From Mobula hypostoma (lineage: Eukaryota): 64,000 nt of DNA. This document shows, piece by piece, positions 53,187 through 64,000 of this stretch. Below the pieces are notes generated by a model. The model ran no database searches, was not told the origin of the DNA, and saw nothing but the letters and a program-made list of their open reading frames with translations. Both the position numbers and the translations under genes were made by a program. Location of the stretch: contig NC_086108.1 of assembly GCF_963921235.1 (NCBI RefSeq), positions 13,020,001 through 13,084,000 on the forward strand, in the 5' to 3' direction. Positions within the stretch are counted from its first letter, which is position 1, and each line of letters begins with the position of its first letter.

Positions 53187-54056
53187 GTAATGTCAGTGGT
53201 TTCTTACACCTCGGCATCTCTCGATGGGATGGGTGGGGATGGACTGAGGGTGGGATGGAGGAATCCATTTGAATGTTGAAAGGCCTCGACAGAGTGGATG
53301 TGGAGAGGATGTTTCCTGTGATGGTGGAATCTAAAACCAGAGAGCACAGCCTCAGAATAGAGGGACATCCATTTATAACAGAGATGAAGAAGAATTACTT
53401 TAGCCAGAGAGAGGTAAATCTGTAGAATTAGTTGCCACAGGTGGCTATGGAGGCCAAATCATTGGATATATTTAAGGCAGACATAGATAGAATTGTGATT
53501 AGTTAAGCATGAAGAGATATGGACAGAAGGCAGGAGATTGGGACTGAGAAGAAAAAATGGATCAGCTGTAATAAAATGGCGGAGCAGACTGGATGGGCTA
53601 AATGGCCTAATTCTGCTCCTATATCTTATGGTCTTAACTGAGTCTCCCAATTGCAGTCACTCCAGCCAGTACACCACCCCAGTATCTATACAGCATCTGA
53701 CCCACAGGTTCATCACCCTGACCCTTTACAAATGGGTAAACTGCCACCTTCCCCCATGTTCCCAGCTCCTCCTCCATACAAAGAATGAGAGGGATTGTGG
53801 GAGCAGGCCCCATGGAGAAAGATTCATGGAGTCTGCAAGGTGACAGGGCAGATAAAGAGGTTTAACTTTAAATTGAAAACAGGCTGTAATGGCAGAATTA
53901 AATAGAATGTGCTGGGAGCTGGGACAGAATTGTTGGAGTTGAAAATGGAGGAGATGGTCACCATGAAAGTAAAGGACCAAGAGCAGAGGTGAGGGAATTA
54001 TCAGCCATCCAGGGACAGTGATCGCCTAACACTCCATGGATTCTGCTTTCTTTCAG

Positions 54057-54176
54057 ATATTGATGAGTGCTTGAATGAGCTCACTTGTCCAAACTCTGAG
54101 TGTGTGAATTCCATTGGATCTTTCCACTGCCTCCCCTGCTCCACAGGATACCAGATCCGGGATGGAAAGTGTACAG
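54057..54176 (+). CDS. LTBP4: cbEGF exon B3 (nucleotide-identical to B1)
   Basis: AG/GT intact, 120 bp, identical to B1 by eye. Confidence 0.88.
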
Positions 54177-56116
54177 GTAAAACTGTTAGCGTCTCTAACC
54201 TGTAGCATTTAGAGTCTTGTGCACATGGGAATCATCAAACCTACTCAGCAAATACAGAGAAAAGCTTCCTCTAACTGTCAATGGTTCAATTTAATGTCGG
54301 ACAATGCATACAATCTGAATCAGTACTCGTCACAGGCATCCACGAAACAGAAATAAACCCAAAGAATGAATGACAGAAAACATTGGAACTCCAAAGCCCC
54401 CTCTCCCCTCCCCCACTTGTTCCAACAACAACATTGATCCTCCTCTCTGAACCCCCAATTCAGAGTCCCCCAAGGTGACCTCAAACTTTGTGACCTAGCA
54501 CAGAATAGACAGAGAGGAAAGCTCTCTCTTCACTCTCCCATCACTGTAGGGACAACATGAGTTAGGGATTAAATCTTTCTCTTCACTATCGTTTCAAGTG
54601 GTCCAGAAGCCAGATGAATTATGGAATAAATCTCCCTTTGTCATCAACTATCACAGGGACAATGTGAGTTGGATATAGAGTATGTCTTCATGTTCCATTG
54701 AACATCCCACAGCAGGAATAAATAAACACATAATATCAAGAACATGAGATGAAGCATATTCGAAAGTGAGTTCATTGCCTGCGGGAACATTTCAATGATA
54801 GGGCAAGTGAAGATGAGTGAAGGTATCACCTCTGGTTTAAGAGCCTGATGGTTGAGGAGTAGTAACTGTTCCTAAACCTGGTTGTGTAAGTCCTGAGGCA
54901 TCTGTAACATCTTCCTGATGATAGCAGTAAGAAGAGAGCATGTACTTGGTGACATCAGTTTGGTGTCATCTACAAGCATACTAATCAGGTCACGTACAAT
55001 CGCAACCAAATTATTAATTTATATAATGAGCCACCATGAACCAAGAACCAGTCCCTGCTGTACATTGTTGGTCACAGGTCTCCAGTCTGTAAAGCAACTC
55101 TCACAGTCACCCCTCTGCCTCGTACCACCAGATCCCTTTTGTATCCAATTTTCTAACTCACCTTGTATTCTAAACTTCCTCCGCAGCCTTATAAAAGGCT
55201 TTGCTATCATATAGGGCCTTATAAAAGGCCTTGCTAAAGTCTATGTAGACAACATCCAACACACTGCTCAAGTCAATCCTGTTGGTCACTTCCTCATGAA
55301 AAACCTATCAAACTTCTAAAGCGTGATCTCCCATGAACCCTGCTGACTATCCCTAATTGGTCCTTGCCTTTCCAAATGCAGCTAGCTCTTAGCCCTCAGA
55401 ATCCCTTACAGTAACTTTCCCTCCAGTGAAGTTTCTGTTCACTGGCATGTGCTTCCTTGGCTGGTCCATGTAGACTTTCTTAAATAAAGTCACAACATCA
55501 GCAATCTTCCAGGACCTCACCCGTGGCTAATGAAGGTACAGAAATCACTACCATAATCCCAATAGTTTTCTTCCTTCCCTACCAAAATAACCTAGAATGC
55601 AACTATTATCTGCTTCAAAACCCCCAACCGAGCATGGCTGCAATGCTACACCACCTCCAGTGTCTCCTCTCCTGGACTGCAGCAGCCCCAATCTCCTGAC
55701 TTCTCCCTGTATCTCATCATTCCCTGACTAATCAAGAATCTATCAACATCTGCCTTAAATATACCCAATGACTTGACCTCCACAGTCACCTGTGGAAACA
55801 AATTCTACAGATCTGTGGCCTAGTCCTCACTACAGCCAAGGCTACACAACTCCCCCGCTGTCTGTCATGCCACCAAACAAGTGATATAATATATTTCTGG
55901 GGGAGATGTTACTGAGTTGAGATGAAGGGAGTTCATGCCACCCACTAACTAATTTGAACTAACTACAATGTGCATACCATCAGATGAGCCACAATGACCA
56001 ACTGCCTAAAGAGCAGTTTAATATGGGTTCATAACCAATGTCAGAGTGCAGTTGCAATCAGACTTGGGTCAGGTATCTAATGTTCCCAGGATTGGAGAGT
56101 TTTGTGTTTTCCACAG

Positions 56117-56242
56117 ATATGGATGAATGTGGACAAAGACCTTCACCCTGTCCCAATGGTCGATGCGAGAACGTGGTTGGCAGTTACCGTTGTGTGTGCT
56201 CCAGAGGATTTGTGGCCAATTCTCAAGACACAGATTGTATTG
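56117..56242 (+). CDS. LTBP4: cbEGF exon A5 (variant NSQDTDCI)
   Basis: AG/GT intact, 126 bp, open frame. Confidence 0.88.
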
Positions 56243-58108
56243 GTAATGCTGACTGCATCTTATGCCTCGGCCTCTCTTGATGGGATGGGTGGGGATGGAT
56301 TGAGGGTGGGATGGAGGAATCTATTTGAATGTTGAAGGCTTCTGTAAAATGCATGTGGAGAGGATATTTCCTATGGTAGTGGATTCTAAAGTCAGAGGGC
56401 ACAGCCTCAGAATAGAGGGACATCCACTTAGAATGGAGATGAAGAGGAATTCTGTAAGCTAGAGAATGGTAAATCTGTGGAATACGTTGTCACAAGCAGC
56501 TGAGGAGGCCAAATCGTTGGATATACTTAAGGCAGATCTTTAGCTTTGTAATCAGTCAGGGCATGAAGGGATACGGACAGAAGGTAGAAGACTGGGGCTG
56601 AGAGGAAAAAATGGATCAGCCATAATAAAACTACAAGGGAATCAATGAAAACCACCCAACTAGGGTGTTCAACCAGTGTGCAAAAGACAACAAACTGTGC
56701 AATTACAGAAAGAAAAAAACAATAATAATAAATAAATAAGCACTAAATATCGAAAACATGAGATGAAGCGTGCTAGAAAGTGAGTACATTGCCTGCAGGA
56801 ACATTTCAATGACAGGGCTAGTGAAGTTCAGTGAAGTTATCACTTCTGGTTTAAGAGCCTGATGGTAACTGTTCCTGAACCTGGTGGTGTAAGTCCTGAG
56901 GTTCCAGTAACTTCATGTACTGGATGACACCAGTTTGGTGTTATCTACAAACATAGTAATCAGCTCACCTACAATCTCAACCAAATTGTTAATTTATATA
57001 ATGAGCCAGCATCAACCCAGCACCAGTCCCTGCTGTACATTGTTGGTCACAGGTCTCCAATCTGTAAACCAATTCTCATGCTCACCCTCTGCCTCCTAAC
57101 ACTAAACCCATTTTGTACCCAATTTTCTAACTCACCTTGTATTCTAACCTTCTTCACCAGCCTACAGACAGGACCTTGTAAAAGGCCTTGCTAAAGTCTA
57201 TGTAGACAACATCCACCACACTGCTCAAGTACAACATGTTGGTCACTTCCTCATGAAAATCTATCAGACTTCTGAAGCATGATCTCCCATTAACCATGCT
57301 GACTATCCATGATCGGTCCTTGCCTTTCCAAATGCAACTAGCCCTCAGAATTCCTTACAGAAACTTATCCTCCAGTGGGTTCAGTGTTCACTGGCCTGTG
57401 CTTCCTTGACTGGTCCATGTAGCCCTTCTTAAATACAGTCCCGACATCAGCAATCTTCCAGTAACTCACCTGTGGCAAATGAAGATACAGAATTCACTAC
57501 CATGACCCCAGCAGTTTTCTTCCTTCCCTACGAAAATGACCTAGAATACACCTGGTCATGCCCTAGGGATTAATCCACTATTATCTGCTTCAAAACCACT
57601 AATGGGAGGGCAGTCCCCAACTGTGCATGAACGCAATGCTACACCACTTCCAGTGTCTCCTCCCCTGGACTGCAGCAGCCCTAATCTCCTGACTTGTCCC
57701 TGTATCTCATCGTTCCCTGACTAATCAAGAATCTATCAACATCTGCCTTAATTTACCCAATTACTTGGCCGCTACAGTCACCTGTGGCAACTAATTCTAC
57801 AGATCTGTGGCCTAGTCCTCACTACAATCAAGGCCACACAACTCCCACGCCGTCTGTCGTGCCACCAAACAAATGATATAACAGATTGCTGGGGGAGATG
57901 TTACTGAGTTGAGATGAAGGGAATTCTTGCCACTCACTAACTACTCTGGATTAACTGCAATATGTGTACCATCAGATGAGCCACAATGTCCATCTGCCTA
58001 AAGAGAAGTTTAATGTGGGTTCATAACCAATGTCAGAGTGCAGTTGCAATCAGACTTGGGTCGGGTATCTAATGTTCCCAGGATTGGAGAGTTTTGTGTT
58101 TTCCACAG

Positions 58109-58234
58109 ATATGGATGAATGTGAACAAAGGCCTTCACCCTGCCCCAATGGTCGATGCGAGAACGTGGTTGGCAGTTACCGTTGTGTGTGCTCCAGAGGA
58201 TTTGTGGCTAATTCTCAAGGCACAGATTGCATTG
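58109..58234 (+). CDS. LTBP4: cbEGF exon A6 (variant DMDECEQR)
   Basis: AG/GT intact, 126 bp, open frame. Confidence 0.88.
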
Positions 58235-59111
58235 GTAATGTCAGCAGTTTCTTACACCTCGGTCTCTCTCGATGGGATGGGTGGGGATGGATTGAGGGTG
58301 GGATGGGGGAATCCATTTGAATGTTGAAAGGCCTCGACAGGGTGGATGTGGAGAGGATGTTTCCTATGATGGTGGAATCTAAGCCTCAGAATAGAGGGAC
58401 ATCTATTTATAACAGAGATGAAGAGGAATTTCTTTAGCCAGAGAGAGTTAAGTCTGTAGAATTAGTTGCCACAAGTGGCTGTGGAGGCCAAGTCATTCGA
58501 TATATTCAAGGCAGAAGTTGATAGAATTGTGATTAGTCAGGGCATGAAGAGATACTGATAGAAAGCAGGAGACTGGGGCTGAGAAGAAAAAATGGATCAG
58601 CCACAAGAAAATGGCAGATCGGACTCGATGGGCTAAATGGCCTAATTCTGCTCCTATATCATATGGTCTTATGGTCTTAGCTGAGTCTCCAGGCAATTGT
58701 AGTCATTCTAGCCAGTACACCGCCCCAGTATCTATCCAACATCTGACCCACAGGTTCATCACCCTGACCCTCTACAAATGAGTGAACAGCCATCTGCTCC
58801 CATGTTCCCAGCTGCTCCTCCTCCATCCAAATTAATCACACGGAATGTGGGAGCAGACCCCATGGAGAAAGATTCATGGAGTCTGTAAGGTGACAGGACA
58901 GATAAAGAGGTTTAGTTTTAAATTGAAGACAGGCTGTAATGGCAGAATTAATTAGAATGTGCATGGAGCTGGGACAGAATTGTTGGAGTTAAAGAGGGAG
59001 AAGATGGTCACCATGAAATTAAAGTTTAAAACCAAGAGCAGAGGTGAGGGAATTATCAGCCATCCAGGGACAGTGATCTCCTAACACTCCATGGATTCTG
59101 CTTTCTTTCAG

Positions 59112-59231
59112 ATATTGATGAGTGCTTGAATGAGCTCACTTGTCCAAACTCTGAGTGTGTGAATTCCATTGGATCTTATCACTGCCTCCCCTGCTCCACA
59201 GGATACCAGATCCGGGATGGAAAGTGTACAG
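59112..59231 (+). CDS. LTBP4: cbEGF exon B4 (variant GSYHC)
   Basis: AG/GT intact, 120 bp. The F>Y change keeps the consensus aromatic residue. Confidence 0.88.
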
Positions 59232-60659
59232 GTAAAACAGTTAGTGCCTCTAACCTGTAGCATTTAGAGTCTTGTGCACATGGGAATCATCAAACCTACT
59301 CAGCAAATACAGAGAAAAGCTTTCTCTAACTGTCAATGGTTCAATTTAATGGCGGACAATGCATACAATCTGAATCAGAACTCTTCACAGACATCCCCAA
59401 AACAGAAAGAAAACCCAAAGAATGAATGACAGAAAACTTTAGAACTCCAAAGCCCCCTCTCCCCTCCCCCACTTGCTCCAAGATCCTCCTCTCTGAACCC
59501 CCAATTCAGAGTCCCCCAAAGTGACCTCGAACTTTCTGACCTAGCACAGAGTAGACAGAGAGGAAAGCTCTCTCTGCAATCTCCCATCACTGTAGGGACA
59601 ACATGAGTTAGGGATTAAATATTTTTCTTCACTATCATTTCAAGTGGTCCAGAAGCCAGATGAATTATGGAATAAATCTCCCTTTGTCATCTACTATCAC
59701 AGGGACAACGTGAGTTGGGTATAGAGTATGTCTTCATGTTCCATTGAACATCCCACAGCAGGAACAGTGTAGATTAGTTGTGGTGCAAATCTCCATCTAA
59801 ACTGTTTTGTTACACCCACTTTGGTAGTGATATTGTCGAGTAGGTACAGAGAAAATCTTGCTCCATACTCTTTGGAAGTTCAAAGTAAATTTTATTATCA
59901 AACCTCATATATGTCACCCTGAGAATCATTTTGTAGTGGGCATACTCAAGAAATCTATGGAATAATAACTACAAGGGACTCAGTGAAAAACCCCCCAACT
60001 AGGGTGTTCAACCAGTGTGCAGAAAACAACAAACTGTGCAAATACAAAAAGAAGAAACAATAATAATAAATAAATAAGCAATAAATATCGGCAACATGAG
60101 ATGAAGCGTGTTCAAAAGTGAGTCCATTGCCTGCGGGAACATTTCAATGACAGGGCTAGTGAAGTTATCACCTCTGGTTTAAGAGCCTGATGGTTGAGGG
60201 GTAGTTTCTGTTCCTGAACCTGGTGGTGTAAGTCCTGAGGCTCCTGTACTTTCTTCCTGATGACAGCAGTAAGAAGAGAGCATGCGCTGGGTGACACCAG
60301 TTTGGTGTCATCTACAAACATACTAATCAGGTTATCTGCAATCTCAACCAAATTGTTAATTTATACAATGAGACACCATGAACCCAGCACCAAATCCTGC
60401 TGTACTTTGTTGGTCACAGGTCTCCAATCTGTAAACCAACCGTCACCCTCACCCTCTGCCTCTTACCACCAACCCATCATACTGGTCATGCCCAGGGATT
60501 TATGCACTATTATGTGCTTCAAGACCACCAACTGGAGGGCAGCCCCCAACCAAGCAAGGACTCACTACACCACCTCCAGTGTCTCCTCTCCTGGACTGCA
60601 GCAGCAGGGAACCCCACAGTTGTCTTGTCTTGTCCATACTGCACCAACCGCAGCCGCTG

Positions 60660-60805
60660 GGCTATAAACGTGCAGGAGCAATGTGTGGTTAAGTACCTTG
60701 CTCAAGGACACAACACGCTGTCTCCAAATGCAATTCTCTCCTCAGCTGCAGCTTGAACTCACGACCTTCAGATCACTAGTCCAACGCCTCAACCACTTCG
60801 CCATG
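60660..60805 (-). mobile_element. tRNA-derived SINE head, present only in the B4-A7 intron
   Basis: Minus strand reads tggcgaagtgg (A-box-like), gagttcaagc (B-box-like), then gtgtccttgagcaaggtacttaa. Confidence 0.65.
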
Positions 60806-61105
60806 AGGCTTAGTCGTCGCTAAAACCGAGATTGCGCTGCTCCCCTGTCGTCTGTCATGCCACCAAACAAAGGATACAACAAATTGCTGGGGGAATGTTA
60901 CTGAGTTAAGATGAAGAGGATTATTGCCATCTAGTAGCTTCTTTGGAGTAACTACAATGTGCATACCATCAGATGAGCCACAATGACCAACTGCCTAAAG
61001 AGCAGTTTAATATGGGTTCATAACCAATGTCAGAGTGCAGTTGCAATCAGACTTGGGTCAGGTATCTAATGTTCCCAAGATTGGAGAGTTTTGTGTTTTC
61101 CACAG

Positions 61106-61231
61106 ATATGGATGAATGTGGACAAAGGCCTTCACCCTGCCCCAATGGTCGATGCGAGAACGTGGTTGGCAGTTACCGTTGTGTGTGCTCCAGAGGATTT
61201 GTGGCCAATTCTCAAGGCACAGATTGTACTG
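61106..61231 (+). CDS. LTBP4: cbEGF exon A7 (variant GTDCT)
   Basis: AG/GT intact, 126 bp, open frame. Confidence 0.88.
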
Positions 61232-62090
61232 GTAATGTCAGCAGTTTCTTACACCTCGGCCTCTCTCGATGGGATGGGTGGGGATGGACTGAGGGTGGGA
61301 TGGGAGAATCTATTTGAATGTTGAAATGTCTCCACAGAGTGGATGTGGAGAGGCTGTTTCCTGTGATGGTGGAATCTAAAGTCAGAAAGCTCAGCCTCAG
61401 AAGAGAGGGACATCTACTTAGAATGGAGATCAGGAGGAATTTTTTAAACCAGAGAATGGTAAATCTGTGTAATACATTGTCACAAGCAGTTGAGGAGGCC
61501 AAATCATTGGGTATATTTAAGGCCAATGTTTAGATTTGTAATTAGTCAGGGCATGAAGGGATATGGAAAGAAGGCAGAATATTGCAGCTGAGAGGGAAAA
61601 TGAATCAGCCATGATGAAATAGCTTAAATCTGTTCCTGTACCTTATCGTCTTTTGGTCTTAACCGAGTCTCCAGGCAATTGTTGTCACTCTAGCCAGAAC
61701 AGTGGGGCCCAGTATCTATCTAACATCTGACCCACATGTACACCACTCTGACCCCTTACAAATGAGGAAACAGGCATCTGCCCCCATATTCCCAGCTCTT
61801 CTCACATCCAGAGGAACACAGGGAACGTGGGAGCAAACCTGTGGAGGAAGTTTCATAGAGTCTGTAAGGTGACAGGACAGATAAAGAGTATTAATTTTAA
61901 GTTGAAGACAGGGTGTAATGACAGAATTAATTGGAATGTGCTGGGAGCTGCGGCAGAATTGTTGGAGTTAAAGAGGGAGAAGATGGTCACCATGAAATTA
62001 AAGGTTAAAACCAAGAGCAGAGGTGAGGGAATTATCAGTCATCCAAGGACAGTGATCGCCTAACACTCCATGGATTCTGCTTTCTTTCAG

Positions 62091-62210
62091 ATATTGATGA
62101 GTGCTTGGACGAGCTCACTTGTCCAAACTCTGAGTGTGTGAATTCCATTGGATCTTTCCACTGCCTCCCCTGCCCCACAGGATACCAGATCCGGGATCGA
62201 AAGTGTACAG
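62091..62210 (+). CDS. LTBP4: cbEGF exon B5 (variant CLDEL...PCPTGYQIRDRKCT)
   Basis: AG/GT intact, 120 bp, open frame. Confidence 0.88.
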
Positions 62211-64000
62211 GTAAAACAGTTAGCGCCTCTAACCTGTAGAACTTTGAGCCTTGTGCACGTGGGAGTCATCAAATAGAACGAAAAGCTTCCTCTAACTGTC
62301 AATATTTGAATTTAATATCATAGAATGTATACGACCTGAAATTCTTACTCTTTGCAGACATCCACAAAAGAGAAAACTCCCCAAAGAATGAATGACAGAG
62401 AACATCAGAACCCCAAACCACCCCCCATTCCTCCTCACACACAGAAGTAGCAGTAGTGGCGTCAACTCTTCCCCTCCCCTGCTTGCTCCAGCAAAAGCAT
62501 CGACCCACCCTCCCTGCACCATGCAAGGAATAGCAATGTCCCTAAAGGGATCTTGGTCAAGAGTCCATCTAAAACTTCGGTCTGTCCCAACGCTTCAGTA
62601 TCTCAGACAGACCAGACAGACTCCCTCTCTCTTTCTAGCAAGTGGGAGAGAAATCACTTAAAAACATTACTAATTCGATTAAACCATTACTGCTAACACT
62701 TCTTTGAAATAAATTCTGGTAAAATATCACTGCAAGCAGTGAAGAAGCAATTAAAGGTGGTGGATTCGAGAAATGGGCCTTGCTGGTATGCTGCAAAATC
62801 GATGCAGCGGAGCTGGAGCCATGCCGGTTGGAGTGAACAATTCGGAGAGGAGAAGTCGAGGTTGTGGAGTTCCGATGCCCTTCCAACTAACTTGGGTGCA
62901 AGGGTGGCTTGCTGTAGACACCAAGCTGATTTGGAGAGGTTGAGAATGGATTTTTCGGCAGTGTCATCTGGGCACAAAGCAAATTGCTGGGCGGCATGTG
63001 CTAGGCCTGGAGCAATTTGCGCAGCGAAGCCTGGGTCCTAATACAATCTGCCTTTGGATGATTTAAATGCCTGCCACATAGACTGGAAAGGCAGATAGTC
63101 AAGAGGTGGGTGAGGATGGATCACTTTAAGTGCCGAGCAGAGTTGGAGAGGTTAAGAACAGCTTCTTTAGCAGTGAAATCTTGGCCTGAAGTGAATGAGC
63201 TGGGTGGTATTTTCTAGGCCCGAAGTGATTTGTCACAGTAGAACCCAAGTGCTAATGTGAGGTGCGATCCACTGTGGAAAGACTGGGTGCCGAGTGTCTG
63301 GAAAGGTTGGATTGCTCTGGGCATTGAGCTGATTTGGGGAGGTCAAGAACGGCTTCTTCAGCAGTGAGTTCCAGGCCTGGAGCAGTTCGATGCAGCAGAG
63401 CCTGGGTCCTAATGTGAGGTGCGATCCGCTCTTTAGACAATGTAAACACCAGCCTGGATAGACTGGGCATCCCTTTCTTCATGACACTAAGACTCTGAGA
63501 CTGGCCCCAACTGCTGTGCTTTGTGCCTGCAAACTTTCCCGCTAATATGATGAACTGAATAACTGAATACCAAGGCTTTGGACCTACTCTAGGCTGTTCC
63601 GGGGATTTGGATCATTTTGGTTCAGAATGCTCTTGTTGGTGCTCCCTTCTATCATTTACATGATTTTTTTCTCTCTCTTTCTCTGAGGGGGTTGGTCTTT
63701 TTTTAATAGCCTTCTTTCAGGTTCCTTGCTTTGCGACTGCCTGTAAGCAAACAAATCCCAAGGTTGTATCATTTATACATTCTTTGATAATAAATGTACT
63801 TTGAATCTTTGAATCTTCTGCATCAAATGAGAATGGGTGACCAGCAGCTCACTGCTTTGATGTCTCATCAAAAACTTCCAACACAGACAATGCAGATTCG
63901 ATATAGAGTGAATCTCCTTCTACACTATCCCATTAGACATTTGCTTGGCAGGGACAACACAGACTTGCTCTAAAATAAACCTCCTCTGTGCTGACCCATC

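Larger units (their letters stand above)
40330..64000 (+). repeat. Intragenic tandem duplication array (units about 2-6 kb, each with exon A and usually exon B plus introns); probably continues past the window
   Basis: Exons and long intronic blocks recur, e.g. ttcataaccaatgtcagagtgcag before all seven A exons. Sequence at 63820-64000 resumes the unit seen at 50880-51060. Left boundary approximate. Confidence 0.95.

Noticed and set aside
40641..61324. Repeated standalone ORFs MSECSCNQT...DMDECGQ...GWGW as a family of small genes
   Set aside because: They are exon A plus read-through into intron. Splice sites at the cbEGF boundaries and phase continuity show they are internal exons.
8941..62210. 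Alternative assignment to fibrillin, LTBP1, LTBP2 or LTBP3
   Set aside because: Domain order (hybrid, one cbEGF, TB, hinge, EGF, cbEGF run) is LTBP-type, and CPAGPGYHY..SDLRY and PQVCGPGRC best match LTBP4 as recalled. A phylogeny would confirm this.
62650..63815. Insertion after B5 with loosely repeated internal modules and a (TTTGAATC) tail
   Set aside because: Probably a non-coding retroelement fragment. I could not assign a family or find a credible coding frame.

Overview
Vertebrate genomic DNA, dense in CR1 LINEs, V-SINEs and Penelope-like elements. This repeat mix suggests a cartilaginous fish, probably a ray (inference). The window holds the central part of a + strand LTBP4-like (latent TGF-beta binding protein 4) gene. 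Twenty exons can be read and their phases chain into one open frame: pre-hybrid region, hybrid domain, cbEGF, TB/8-Cys domain, Thr/Pro linker, EGF, then a cbEGF run. From about 40.2 kb to the window end, the cbEGF run is a recent intragenic tandem amplification of a two-exon cassette with its introns. There are seven near-identical 126-bp 'A' exons and five 120-bp 'B' exons, in the order A B A A B A B A A B A B. All are phase 1-1 and keep AG/GT sites, six cysteines and the calcium-binding consensus, adding about 494 aa. The array shows a shared B-exon deletion, mosaic copies, copy-specific TE insertions and about 130-bp inverted CR1 pieces flanking four A exons. The introns also hold a perfect 47-bp hairpin, a decayed hammerhead motif in a Penelope-like element, a hAT element with TIRs and an 8-bp TSD, a 31-bp minisatellite and a 1.5-kb polypyrimidine tract. 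Family assignments are from recalled sequence similarity, not from database searches.
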